Positions 28,450-38,965 of a stretch of DNA of 64,000 bases are shown in pieces. Source of the stretch: a virus; IMG/VR virus record IMGVR_UViG_3300005265_000549, positions 25,202-89,201 of that record; one strand, 5' to 3'. The stretch's first letter is position 1, and each line of letters starts with the position of its first letter. The notes beneath the pieces are model-generated. The model was not told the origin of the DNA. It searched no databases and saw only the letters and a program-made list of their open reading frames with translations. The position numbers and the translations under genes were made by a program.

Positions 28450-30174
28450 TTATGAATTATATTTAAATATAAAATTTCCACAATCCCATATTCTATCATA
28501 TCCATTTTGTTGCATATTTTCCCATTCAGTTAAATTTACATCAAAATTTTCTGATTTATTTTTCAATTTATGTTTCATATAATTAGCTCTATGTTCTAAT
28601 TCTATATAATTTTTAGTATACCAATAATTAGGAAGACTTTCATGTGAATATTTAAATCCTAATTTATAATACAATTTTCCTATGCTAAATCTTTTATCTG
28701 CATAGGTAATAATTTCTTGATTTTTCCAGAAATTATTTAAAAAATGTTTAAACAATCTAGAAGCAGAACCTATTACATTAGTATTTATCAAATTACAAAA
28801 TCTTATTAATTCAAAAGAAGTTTTTCCTGTAATTCGTCTACTACCAAAAGTCATCAAAGAAACTAATTTATTATCATAATATAAACCTAGTCTAATACTA
28901 GAATTATCTTTTCCTTGAAGATGATTATTATTTAGAAAATCATTTTTTTCTTTTCTTTTTACTTCTTTAATAATACATTTTCTTGCATAAATTTTATTAG
29001 GTGTTTTTCCTAATTTATTTTTAATAATAGATTTAATTATATCTTGTTTATTATTCCATTCAGAATCAAAGATATGAATTAAATCTATTCCTAATTGTTC
29101 TTTTGCTTGTTCAGTTTTCCATAGGTGGTAATTTCTATCTTTACTACCTGATAATTCTGTGTGATAATAAATACCATCACACTCAATTCCTAAATTATAA
29201 GAAGGAATTAATATATCTATTTCTAAATTACCTTTATTTCCAGATTGTGTGAAATCTTTAATAGGTTTTGTATTATTAATTGTTTCTATATTTAATGAAT
29301 GAATAAAAAAACAAACTTCTTCTTCAAAATTAGATTTAGTAAAACATTTTGGACATGAAAAATTTTTTCTATTACTTATATAATTTAATCTAAATATATT
29401 ACCACATTTATTATGTTTTATATTAAAATATCCTGTATTAACATATTCTTCTTTATTTGTTAATACTTTAAATATTTTTTTTTCTTCTATATCATTTTTA
29501 TAATTTTTATAATTATTATTTCTATCTTTAATTCGTTTTATATTTTCTTTATTAATTGTACCACATGATTTAGAACAAACACCCGAATATCCATTTTTTA
29601 ATCCATTAAAATTTTGATTTTTAATTCCACAGACTTTACATTTAGGTATTTCTTTCAAATCATTTATTATAATATAACACTTTTCAATTAATGTATTTCC
29701 TGGATATTCATAAATTGCTCTTAAAAGATTTGGATTTTTTTTAAATAAAGAATATTTTAAATTAGGAATATCTAAAAGTAGTAAAATTTCTTGAACTTTC
29801 AATTTTATATTTTTAATTTCTGAGTATTTTATTTCAAATATTTCTTTATCTGATACTACATTATTGGGCTTATGACCTTTTATTCTAAATCCTTTATATT
29901 TATTATCTTTACCAGTGCATTTTCTTGAACAATAAATAGCATATCCAAGTCTTTTATTTCCACCAAAAGAAACTTTTTTTCTACAAACTTTACATCTTGG
30001 AATTTCAGTAATATTAAAAAAATAATTATAACATTGTTGACTTATAGAAATATCACCAAAATTATATTGTGTATTATATAATTTAATCTTTTCATATATT
30101 TTTAAAGAACGAATTATTTTTGAAAATTGTCTTGGTTTTTCAAATCTTAATTTTAAATATTCTTGTTTTGTCAT
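28450..30174 (-). mobile_element. Free-standing Hef-like homing endonuclease (Zn-ribbon repeats + PD-(D/E)XK + GNAT-like C-terminal domain)
   Basis: Repeated PRCKVC...YCS..C units; EIDI.IP...GIECDGIYYH, HIFDSEW, IYARKC, NHLQG, ELIRFC, YADKRFS and RIWDCG. Inserted between sheath and tube genes. Confidence 0.8.
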
Positions 30175-30177
30175 AAG

Positions 30178-30256
30178 ATTGGTCCTTAAAATAAAAAAGT
30201 GAGTAAGACAATAAGACCAATTTATTGTCGGGATAGCTAATCCTTGTCCTCACTTT
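30178..30256 (-). promoter_or_regulatory. Structured RNA leader of the endonuclease gene (three-way junction plus loop-RBS pairing)
   Basis: Stems at 30196-30203/30249-30256, 30207-30214/30222-30229 and 30231-30234/30240-30243. Loop 30215-30221 is complementary to 30178-30184 at the SD. Confidence 0.65.
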
Positions 30257-30278
30257 CAATTTATTTTTTTTTTAATAT

Positions 30279-31931
30279 TTAGAATGATTTACCAATAAAT
30301 TCAGCAAAATCAACACCTGTACGAGTGGCGATAAAATTTAATGAAATAAATTCTGCGGTTCTAGTAGGTTGAATAAAAATATCACATACTAATTCATTAG
30401 CATCAATTACTGCTGGAGTATTATTAGTATCATCACAAACTACTAAGAATTCATTGATTCCTTCTCTACCTTGAACTCTTCTTAAAAATGGTTCGATCAT
30501 ACCTATAATTTGTCTACGAGTAAAAGCTGTATTTTTCTCAAAAATAAAATATTTTGAAGCTGTACTTATTGCTTTTTCAAGAATAATAAATAATCGTCTT
30601 ACATCAATTCTATCAAAAGCTGAAGGTTTATTTTGCATTGTTTTTTGTCCAAAAACTGTTGCACCATCACCAGCAAAAATTGTAATAGGATTAACTTGTT
30701 TTTTATATAAAGTATCTCTTTGAGCTCTATTTGGACTAAAAGCTAATTTAATAACATTTTTAATAATTCCACGATTTAAACCAGCTGGGGCAAACCAAGG
30801 ATCTCTAGTATTATCAGTATATGCAAAAATACCAGCTACATCACCAGTGATTGGAACCCAACGATATTTATCATTGAATTTATCATATTGATATTTCCAA
30901 TTTCCATATAATGCAGCATATGATGATGAAGTTAAAATAGTATCTCTATAATCTGTACAATTTGTTGTAGCTGTTCCTGCCGGAATATTTACGACATCAA
31001 TTTTTGGAACACCTAATATTCCCATACAATCTTTTCTAGAAGATGCTATTGAAATAATTTCTGCTTGAACTGTAATATTAGTAGATGCTGCATCTAAAAT
31101 TAAATTAATATCAAATTCTTCTGGATTAGCAAATAAATCTAATCCAAGAATAATATCATCATTTCCAGGTGCACCTTCAACTCCACCAGCTAATGCAGTT
31201 GCTTCAAATGCTAAAATTTCATCATCATCATCATCATTAGCATAAGCAAGTAAATATGAAGAATATCTATTAACATAATCTTCAACATAAATTGAAGTTC
31301 CTTCAAAATTTGTATCTGTTTCATTAAAAGAAACAATCATTTGTTCTAAAATTTGATCATCAGAATCTAAAACTACGATAGCAAATTGATCAGTAGTTTC
31401 TGGACCAAATTCAAATTCATCGGCAAATTTAGTTGTTCCAACAATATTAGCTGAAGCAAATTCAGCATAATTTGCTATTGCTACTTTATATGTATTTCCT
31501 TTGATACCAGGATATTTTGCGACTAATAATAATTTTTGATCTTCATCGGCCGCTGTATAAGTATAAACATCCGCTGCATCACTATTTGGAATATATACTG
31601 GTTTTGTTGCTGGCACACCAGCACCTGTAGTATCTTCACATTCCAATCCAGCATTAAGAGCTGAGCTATCATCAACTGCTCTTACAATATAAAGTGTATT
31701 TCCATATTGTAAAAAATTCCAAGCTGTAAACCAATCTTGATAATTAGCATCAGTTGGATATCCAAAAATGGTTAAAAGATCTTTTTCGCTTGTTACAAGT
31801 TTTTTGTCAAATGCTGGTCCCCATTCAAATTGACCAGACATTCCAGCTATTGAAGTTGAAACTGCTGGAATAGAAGTTGTTAAATCAATTTCTTTTACAT
31901 TGACAGATGGTGAAAGATTGAAGCCCATCAT
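30279..31931 (-). CDS. 18: Tail sheath protein (gp18)
   Basis: LSPSVNVKEIDLT, FEWGP, PWFAPAGLNRG, FDRIDVRRLF and VVCDDTNNTP. Confidence 0.96.
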   Translation of the reverse strand: MMGFNLSPSVNVKEIDLTTSIPAVSTSIAGMSGQFEWGPAFDKKLVTSEKDLLTIFGYPTDANYQDWFTAWNFLQYGNTLYIVRAVDDSSALNAGLECEDTTGAGVPATKPVYIPNSDAADVYTYTAADEDQKLLLVAKYPGIKGNTYKVAIANYAEFASANIVGTTKFADEFEFGPETTDQFAIVVLDSDDQILEQMIVSFNETDTNFEGTSIYVEDYVNRYSSYLLAYANDDDDDEILAFEATALAGGVEGAPGNDDIILGLDLFANPEEFDINLILDAASTNITVQAEIISIASSRKDCMGILGVPKIDVVNIPAGTATTNCTDYRDTILTSSSYAALYGNWKYQYDKFNDKYRWVPITGDVAGIFAYTDNTRDPWFAPAGLNRGIIKNVIKLAFSPNRAQRDTLYKKQVNPITIFAGDGATVFGQKTMQNKPSAFDRIDVRRLFIILEKAISTASKYFIFEKNTAFTRRQIIGMIEPFLRRVQGREGINEFLVVCDDTNNTPAVIDANELVCDIFIQPTRTAEFISLNFIATRTGVDFAEFIGKSF

Positions 31932-31980
31932 ATTCTCCTTTAATCTATATTGTTAATTTTCTTCAAATAATTAATATAAT

Positions 31981-31988
31981 TATTTATC
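31981..31988 (-). promoter_or_regulatory. T4-type late promoter GATAAATA upstream of gp18
   Basis: The same (G/C)ATAAATA 8-mer lies shortly upstream of several late genes (945, 1889, 3188, 4307, 36373, 46405, 53755, 62690, 63377). Confidence 0.6.
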
Positions 31989-31990
31989 TT

Positions 31991-33553
31991 TTAAAAAAAA
32001 TATTCTAATGGTATTGAATTATCTTCTTTTTTCATTGAATCTGGAAAAAAGCCTACTGGTAATAAATTATTTTCTATTTCCTCCATTGCTTTAGAATAAA
32101 TTTTTCCCAAAATATTTTCTTGTTCTAACCAAATATCAACTAATTGTTCATTTGACATAAAATATGAAAATAAAATTAATGGAGTAATTAAATCATCATG
32201 TTTTGTTTTAGCAGCAGAAAACGTTCCATTTTTCTGCTTCTCAAAATAACTAAATTGTTCGATTGTTTCAAAATTTAATATATTTAATTTATTTAATTCT
32301 ATAAATGTTTTAAGATGTGAACAACCTAATCGTTTTGAACCTCTAGTCATCCTAATTCCAAATTTTTTATTATAAAAAAATAAATTTTCATATTCATAAT
32401 CATAATTCAAAGAATTTAAAACTGATTCACCAATAGAATTATTTTCAACAATTACTAATGAATTATTATAAGCTTTTCCTATATTATTTATCACATTAGA
32501 AAATAAATTAGTTTTAATCAAATTATCATTAAATACTGCTACTTGCTTCCATGGAATCGTTGTGACATCAATAATTTGAATTGTAGAATAATCACCACCA
32601 ACACCTTCAGCTACATCACAAACAGAAATATAACTATGATTTTTAATTGGATTTTCATAAATTTTTAAGTTATCATTATTTATTGAAATTGGGTCTTCAA
32701 ATACCATATTTCTTATTGTATTTACATCAATTAAAGTATTAGATGATCCTAAAAATTCAGATTCAAATTCTTGTCGGAATCTTTCAATTCCTATTTCAGA
32801 AATCATTTTTTCACGCCAAGCTTCATCTCGACCAGGAACTTCATTCCATTTTATACTAAAATATTTATAACCATTTATTCCTTTTTCTGCTTCAATCCAA
32901 AATTTATAAAAGTGATTTAATCCCCAAGGAGTAGAAACCATTAAAATTTTAGCTTCTTTTGATGTTGAAATAGTTGGATAAACAGATTGAATGAAGTCTT
33001 CAAAAACACCATGATGAATAAATGCAAATTCATCAAGTGCTAAAAAATTTATTGCCATACCACGAATGGCTGATGAACTTGTTGCTGCTGTAACTATTCT
33101 AGAACCATTATCAAATTCAACAGTTCCTTTATTCCATTCAACAACTCCAGGTTTTAACCATTTTGGAAGATTTTCAAACATTATTTTTATTCTATATAAT
33201 ATTTCTCTAGCTGTCTTATCTTTATTACCTAAAATTGCTGCAGTTTTATTTTCATTGAATATTATATAATGACACATATAAGCTGCAAAAGATGCAGTCT
33301 TTCCTGATTGTCTTCCAAGCTTTGCTATAATTCTTTTATTATTATGTATTAAATTAATAAATTTAGTTTGATAATCATATAAATCAAATTTAATTAATCC
33401 ATCATCCAAATTTACAATATAAATATAATTTTTTATAAAATAAATTGGATCAAATTTACAACGAATTATTTCTCTAATTTGTTCTTTAGTATAATTTTCT
33501 TTGAAACCTTTAGGGTTTAGATTTATATTACCTTGATAAGATACTTTATTCAT
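31991..33553 (-). CDS. 17: Terminase large subunit (gp17)
   Basis: RQSGKT Walker A, LDEFAF Walker B, STPWG.NHFY, RFRQEFE, DVAEGVGGDYS and HDDL. No intein visible. Confidence 0.96.
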   Translation of the reverse strand: MNKVSYQGNINLNPKGFKENYTKEQIREIIRCKFDPIYFIKNYIYIVNLDDGLIKFDLYDYQTKFINLIHNNKRIIAKLGRQSGKTASFAAYMCHYIIFNENKTAAILGNKDKTAREILYRIKIMFENLPKWLKPGVVEWNKGTVEFDNGSRIVTAATSSSAIRGMAINFLALDEFAFIHHGVFEDFIQSVYPTISTSKEAKILMVSTPWGLNHFYKFWIEAEKGINGYKYFSIKWNEVPGRDEAWREKMISEIGIERFRQEFESEFLGSSNTLIDVNTIRNMVFEDPISINNDNLKIYENPIKNHSYISVCDVAEGVGGDYSTIQIIDVTTIPWKQVAVFNDNLIKTNLFSNVINNIGKAYNNSLVIVENNSIGESVLNSLNYDYEYENLFFYNKKFGIRMTRGSKRLGCSHLKTFIELNKLNILNFETIEQFSYFEKQKNGTFSAAKTKHDDLITPLILFSYFMSNEQLVDIWLEQENILGKIYSKAMEEIENNLLPVGFFPDSMKKEDNSIPLEYFF

Positions 33554-33616
33554 AAAAATTCTCCATAGTCTATAAATTTTAAAAAAAATCGTTTAATCGT
33601 CATTTTCTGTTTTTTC

Positions 33617-33671
33617 ATTAATAAAATTAAATACTTACAATACGCTTTTTTCAAAAACAAGGTGTATGTTA
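33617..33671. repeat. Dispersed intergenic repeat, copy 2 (upstream of gp17)
   Basis: Near-identical to 10880-10948 apart from an internal deletion of about 14 nt. Confidence 0.85.
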
Positions 33672-33740
33672 AAAATAAGTAAAATTTTATTTATTTGATT
33701 TTTTTATAAAACTTTAATAATTTCATTAACTTACATAAAT

Positions 33741-33776
33741 AAAAATTGGGATTTTCCCTCACAAAGAAAATCCCAA
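33741..33776 (-). terminator. Intrinsic terminator after gp14
   Basis: 11-bp stem ttgggattttc/gaaaatcccaa with a T run on the - strand. Confidence 0.8.
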
Positions 33777-33809
33777 CGAGGAGGACACATATTTCATCTT
33801 CAATAACTT

Positions 33810-34403
33810 TTAAAATCCATCGTTAAATGGATCAGTTTCATTAAATTCTAATATATCTGTAAAAGTTTGAATTGAATCATCTTTAGCTGATATTTTATCT
33901 TCTAATATATCAATATTAATATCACCTGTATCAAGAATTTCTCCTGAATAATTCCATTTTTTAGCTGAAAAAGTAAATAAAGTTTGTCCTCCAGCTAAAT
34001 AAAATATTTCTTCATCTTCTACAAATGATATTTCAAAAATCACTTTATTAAATTTAAATTGAATTAAATCTCCAATCTCTGGTAATTCACCACCTAATAA
34101 TTCAATCATATAATTTTGTTGAATTTTTAATTTTAATGTATCATCAATTTCTAAACCAAATTTAGAAAAGAAATCTTGTTGACCACCAAAAGCTGTATAA
34201 TCATCTAATAACATCTTACATTCAATTTTTTCATCAAATGTTGATAAATCATCTTCACCAAATAAATCATCTTGAGCTATAGATGTTCTTGGTAAATAAA
34301 TTACAGGAATACCATATTGTTCAATATATTCTAAAGTATTATCATTATATAAAGCATATTCATTTGAAGAATTTTCTTCAAAAAAATTAAAATAACCCAT
34401 CAT
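33810..34403 (-). CDS. 14: Neck protein (gp14)
   Basis: G..V.YLPR, DDLFGED, FSKFGLEI.D, PEIGDLI and FEISFVE.E..FY. Confidence 0.92.
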   Translation of the reverse strand: MMGYFNFFEENSSNEYALYNDNTLEYIEQYGIPVIYLPRTSIAQDDLFGEDDLSTFDEKIECKMLLDDYTAFGGQQDFFSKFGLEIDDTLKLKIQQNYMIELLGGELPEIGDLIQFKFNKVIFEISFVEDEEIFYLAGGQTLFTFSAKKWNYSGEILDTGDINIDILEDKISAKDDSIQTFTDILEFNETDPFNDGF

Positions 34404-34439
34404 TTTATCCTATTAAATAAATCTTCATAAATTTTTATT

Positions 34440-35138
34440 TTAACCCCACATAAAGTCAATTGGTTCTTGATAACGATTATATAATTCTTCTTCTAATAAT
34501 TCTTTTTCTGTTTTACCTTCTTCTAAAATAGATCCATAATTTAATGAAACTCCACCTGGTAAAGTGGCTCCTTCATATTTTCCAATATTACCAGCCCAGA
34601 TAATTTTACTTAAAGCTGCAGCGTATTTTTTTACCCAAAGATTTTCATATAATAATGTTTCATCTACTGGTGAAGAATATACTTGTAGAGCAACTTTTTC
34701 ATCTGAAGTTATTTTAAAAAATTTAATTAAATGAGTTGTTGAATTAAAATCAAATGATTTTTGTCTTTTAAGATAATTTTCGGTATTTGAAATATTTTGA
34801 TAAAACATTTCCAAATCTAAAACACTAGAAGAATAAGTCGGAGTCATATTATTAATTAAATAAGGATTAATTAATAAAGGTTCATCAGTAATTAAAGAAT
34901 CAGTAATTGATAAAACTCGTAAAACTGTTTTTATATTAATAGGTAAATTATATTCTAAAGTATCTTTTATTAAATTTAAAAAAACAAAACCTTCATCTAA
35001 ACCATCATAATGAACTTCAACAAATTTATCAATCGTATCTTGGATTGCGATATCTAACTGTTCATCAGCAATTTCAATATTAATAACTGGTGATCCTAGA
35101 CGTTGCATTATATGCTGTTTGAATTCTACTTTTGTCAT
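34440..35138 (-). CDS. 13: Neck protein (gp13)
   Basis: RLGSPVINIE, HYDG, WVKKYAAAL.K..W..N..KY and LPGGV.LN. Confidence 0.92.
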   Translation of the reverse strand: MTKVEFKQHIMQRLGSPVINIEIADEQLDIAIQDTIDKFVEVHYDGLDEGFVFLNLIKDTLEYNLPINIKTVLRVLSITDSLITDEPLLINPYLINNMTPTYSSSVLDLEMFYQNISNTENYLKRQKSFDFNSTTHLIKFFKITSDEKVALQVYSSPVDETLLYENLWVKKYAAALSKIIWAGNIGKYEGATLPGGVSLNYGSILEEGKTEKELLEEELYNRYQEPIDFMWG

Positions 35139-35449
35139 ACTAATTTTACCTTAAAAGAAGGCATCCATTGTATTCCAGCAGGTGCCGTAGGTTTATATAT
35201 TGTAACTGATGCGTCATATGTGCCTTCTTGTAAATCTGGAACATTTAAAATTTTAATTGTAATAGTTCCATTATTAGCTGACCAATCAAAAGCATCAGTT
35301 ATTATATCTGAATCAATAACAACTTCACCCAATTCCATCACAACTCTTGTGACAGTTGATAAATCCGCCGGGGCAAAAACCCCGGTAGAATTATCACTTA
35401 ATTTTATTTTTTGAACATTTTCTTTACCAATTGCAAATGTTAAAGTCAT
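35135..35449 (-). CDS. Small beta-rich structural/adaptor protein
   Basis: Open frame in the structural operon with Ig/BppU-like alternating strands. Confidence 0.5.
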   Translation of the reverse strand: MTLTFAIGKENVQKIKLSDNSTGVFAPADLSTVTRVVMELGEVVIDSDIITDAFDWSANNGTITIKILNVPDLQEGTYDASVTIYKPTAPAGIQWMPSFKVKLV

Positions 35450-35462
35450 TTAATTTAACCTA

Positions 35463-36254
35463 TTAATTTAGTGATGTTACAAATTGTCCAGCTAAAAATT
35501 TAACATCATCATTTAATCCTACAGCTTGATCGACTACATTCGTATTATCATACATCAACATATTACCGGCATTTAAATCATCACATAATGCTGTTGCAAC
35601 AATAGTTCCCCAAGAACCAGAAGGTGTATTAAATTGAATGTTTGTATTATTATTCAATGTTCCAGTTGTTGCAGTTGACCAATCTGAAAAAGCTTTTCTA
35701 GCATAGTTATTTCCAGCAGGATCTGAAACTGTTGATCCTGTATCTGAATCTGAAACAGTAGCGGTAACCAATGCAACATAAATTGATGGTTGTGCATAAG
35801 ATGTATTTTTGAACATAAATTCTAATAATGCATTTGCTAAATAATCTGACATTCCTGTTCCAGAACCAGCATTTACACTAATAACAACTTCACCAGATGC
35901 AATTGATGGGGTACTATTAACAACGACATTAATATCATTATTTAATGAACCATAAGCTAACATATTACCACCTGAAGAAGCATCAAATATAGCATAATAA
36001 CCATATGTTTCATCTCCAGAAGTAGATTTTGGAAAAGTAACTGTTCCAGATTGTGTTATTGCTCTTGATGCTGCTGCGCCAAATGTAATAGCTTTTCTTG
36101 TATAAGAACCATACGTTGCTTCAGTCCATCCTGAAGCATCTTCACCAGCATCTGTAGAACTTAATGCAACATAAACAGTAGAAACTTGTGAATAAGAAGT
36201 ATTCCCAAAAATATGATTTAAGATTGCATTTTCTGCATAATTTGTTAAACTCAT
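35463..36254 (-). CDS. Virion fibre/decoration protein with a tandemly duplicated domain
   Basis: Two copies of (M)S.Y..NA.L...F....YVAL...Y.RKA...F...GN.L.Y. Confidence 0.7.
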   Translation of the reverse strand: MSLTNYAENAILNHIFGNTSYSQVSTVYVALSSTDAGEDASGWTEATYGSYTRKAITFGAAASRAITQSGTVTFPKSTSGDETYGYYAIFDASSGGNMLAYGSLNNDINVVVNSTPSIASGEVVISVNAGSGTGMSDYLANALLEFMFKNTSYAQPSIYVALVTATVSDSDTGSTVSDPAGNNYARKAFSDWSTATTGTLNNNTNIQFNTPSGSWGTIVATALCDDLNAGNMLMYDNTNVVDQAVGLNDDVKFLAGQFVTSLN

Positions 36255-36262
36255 TTTTTACC

Positions 36263-38965
36263 TCATTTTTGAATATTGATTACTATTAGTGGGAAATCTT
36301 TTTCCTCACTTACATTTTCAATTTTTTGTTTATAATCAATTAATTTTTCTAATTTAAAATTAATACTCTCATTATTTATCAAACTAAAATATTCTTTATT
36401 TATTTTTCGTTTTTCACTAACATTTTCTAATTTTCTAAAAATAGTTTTATTTATTTTTTGTTTATCAAGAACTTCATAATAATTTTTCTCTAGAGGAATT
36501 CTTAATAATTTTGTGAATATACTATTATTATTTATATGTCTGAAAATTGAAACATTTTCAATTTTTGAAAAATCAGAAATATTTTTAATTCTTGTTTTAA
36601 GTATTTCACCTAAATAATCCCATAATAAAATAATATCATTATTAATAAATTCTAATTCATTAATATTAGATAAAAATTCTCTATAACAAAAAATATCAAT
36701 ATTTGAAAAATCAAAATTAACATTAATACTATTTTCAAATGTTTTTGTAATTATCGCATTGATTACATCAATGACAATATTATTATTTATATTATTTAGT
36801 AATTCAGAAATTTTAAATATTTGAATATCTGAAATATTTAAACTATTTAATTTATTAAATTCTAATAATCTTTCAATCGAAATAACAATATTATCATTAA
36901 TATTAAATTCAATATCATTAACACTATTAAATTCTCTATCTATATTAATTAATAATGATGATACATTAATATTATTATTAATATTTGAATTTATTGCCCA
37001 ATAATTATATAAATTAAAAGTATTTAAATTAAATTGTAATTCTAATTGACTTAATAAATTTCTTTCAATTGAAACAATAATAATATTATTATTATTAAAT
37101 TCATTTTCAATATTAGAAATTATTTCTCTATCAACAGTAATATCAACATTTGTAATATCTAAAATTGAAGTTGCTTCACAAGAAAATTTATGAAGATTTT
37201 TAACTTCAATATCTTTTGAAGTAACAATATTATCTATTGTTGAAATTAATAATCTTTCATTTGAAACAATACTATTTGAAAGACTAATTATATTTTCAAC
37301 TTCAAATTTTCTTCTACTATGTTTTATTTCCCGTAAAACAACTGCTGCTGCATCTGAAGTAACAAAATATCCTAATGCTGGTTGAAGAAGAAGTTCTCTA
37401 TTATTAAGATATCTTATAACAAATGCATCAACAATATTTGTTTCTGTATTGATTTGAATATTTGCATTGAAAAATCTATCAGTAACTTCAATTGCATTAA
37501 CAATATTTGTTTCTGTATTGATTTGAATATTTGCATTTAATTCAATATTTCTAGAAACTATTACAATACTATTTGATAATGAAGTTTCTATTGAAATATT
37601 TGAATTAAAAAATCTTTCAGTAACTGAAATTGCTTCAATATCTGATGCATCAATATTATTTTCAATGAATGCTACAAGTGGAATACCTGTAATTTCTGAT
37701 GCTTTAATATCATTAACATTAAATTCTATTTGAATATTAGAAGTTAATGCTTTTTCTTGTGCAATATAAATTTCTGAACATATAAATGAAGAATTTATTT
37801 CACAACTATAAGTTGAAGCAATATTAACATCACTACAAATAAATAATTCTTCGTGTCCTGGATAAAATACTTCATTTGGAAAAATTCTTTCACCAGGATA
37901 TTTACTTTTTAATATATCTGCTTTTAAGAAAACATCTTTAACACTTTTAGCATCAATATCTGTAACTGTTATTTCATTATTAATTGTTGCTGATAATGAA
38001 TTTTCTAATGAAACATCTATATTATTATTAATAACAGTATGTCTAATTGTTGAACGTAAATTTATATCAGTAACTTCAATTGCATTAATTTTAGAACAAA
38101 CAAATTGATCTTGTAAACCAGGATAAAAACCATTATTAGGATAACTATTATTTGTTGGATAATCTTGTCTAAAAATATTAGCTTTAAATTGTCTAATATT
38201 TGTTAATGAAATATCAGTTATAGAATAACAATTTTCAATAAATGCTACAAGTGGAATACCTGTTATTTCAACTGCTTCAATATTTGAAAGATTTATTACT
38301 GATTGAATATTTGTATTAAAATCAGTAATAAAATAAAATTCAATATTTGAATTTATAAAATTAGTAAGAATATTAGTTCTTAAACTTGTTTCTGTGACTT
38401 CTTGAACATCTAAATTAGAAGTTATAAAATCATTGACAATATTTGAAATAAAATAATAATTATTTCTACAAAGTACTAGTGATATATCAAAATCATTTTT
38501 GATATCAGCAATTAATGGAATTATATTTTCAGCTATTGGAACTGATAATTTAACTGTATGTCTGATTATTGAACGTAAAGTTCTTTCAGTAGATTCAATT
38601 GCTTTAGCTGATGAACAAACAAATTGATCTCTTAAACCAGGATAAAAATCATTATTAGGTAAATTTGATACTTTTGGATAAGTTTGTTTATGAATATCAG
38701 CAGCTAATAATCTTTCAACTGAAATACTAATTTCAGAATTATCAATAGTATTTTCAATAAATGAATTAAATAATATTCCTTGTTCTACTTCTACTTTTAT
38801 TTCATTATTATCAATAACACTTTCAATATTTGCTTCATAATAAAAATGTTTAATTAAATCAATATTAGAACAAGTTGTATTAATATCTAAATTAGTTCTA
38901 AAGGCTGAAATACCAACTATTTGTGGTTCAACGTCTGAAGTTTGTGTATTAACAGGAATATTTGC
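36263..38965 (-). CDS. Hidden C-terminal segment (900 codons, no Met) of the giant fibre gene, in the -1 frame relative to ORF 38917..45462
   Basis: Translated by hand: ANIPVNTQTSDVEPQ...AADIHKQTYPKVSNLPNNDFYPGLRDQFVCS...PLIVINIQK-TGA with no internal stop. Same repeat family as the upstream ORF. Confidence 0.85.
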   Translation of the reverse strand, partial: ANIPVNTQTSDVEPQIVGISAFRTNLDINTTCSNIDLIKHFYYEANIESVIDNNEIKVEVEQGILFNSFIENTIDNSEISISVERLLAADIHKQTYPKVSNLPNNDFYPGLRDQFVCSSAKAIESTERTLRSIIRHTVKLSVPIAENIIPLIADIKNDFDISLVLCRNNYYFISNIVNDFITSNLDVQEVTETSLRTNILTNFINSNIEFYFITDFNTNIQSVINLSNIEAVEITGIPLVAFIENCYSITDISLTNIRQFKANIFRQDYPTNNSYPNNGFYPGLQDQFVCSKINAIEVTDINLRSTIRHTVINNNIDVSLENSLSATINNEITVTDIDAKSVKDVFLKADILKSKYPGERIFPNEVFYPGHEELFICSDVNIASTYSCEINSSFICSEIYIAQEKALTSNIQIEFNVNDIKASEITGIPLVAFIENNIDASDIEAISVTERFFNSNISIETSLSNSIVIVSRNIELNANIQINTETNIVNAIEVTDRFFNANIQINTETNIVDAFVIRYLNNRELLLQPALGYFVTSDAAAVVLREIKHSRRKFEVENIISLSNSIVSNERLLISTIDNIVTSKDIEVKNLHKFSCEATSILDITNVDITVDREIISNIENEFNNNNIIIVSIERNLLSQLELQFNLNTFNLYNYWAINSNINNNINVSSLLINIDREFNSVNDIEFNINDNIVISIERLLEFNKLNSLNISDIQIFKISELLNNINNNIVIDVINAIITKTFENSINVNFDFSNIDIFCYREFLSNINELEFINNDIILLWDYLGEILKTRIKNISDFSKIENVSIFRHINNNSIFTKLLRIPLEKNYYEVLDKQKINKTIFRKLENVSEKRKINKEYFSLINNESINFKLEKLIDYKQKIENVSEEKDFPLIVINIQK

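Noticed and set aside
31991-33553. Intein or intron in the terminase
   Set aside because: Length (520 aa) and motif spacing are normal, with no splice motifs.
38221-38230. Possible additional frameshift in the hidden frame
   Set aside because: This block looked one base short as I read it, but line numbering and the protein repeats on both sides keep the same frame. I treated it as a reading artefact; it should be verified computationally.
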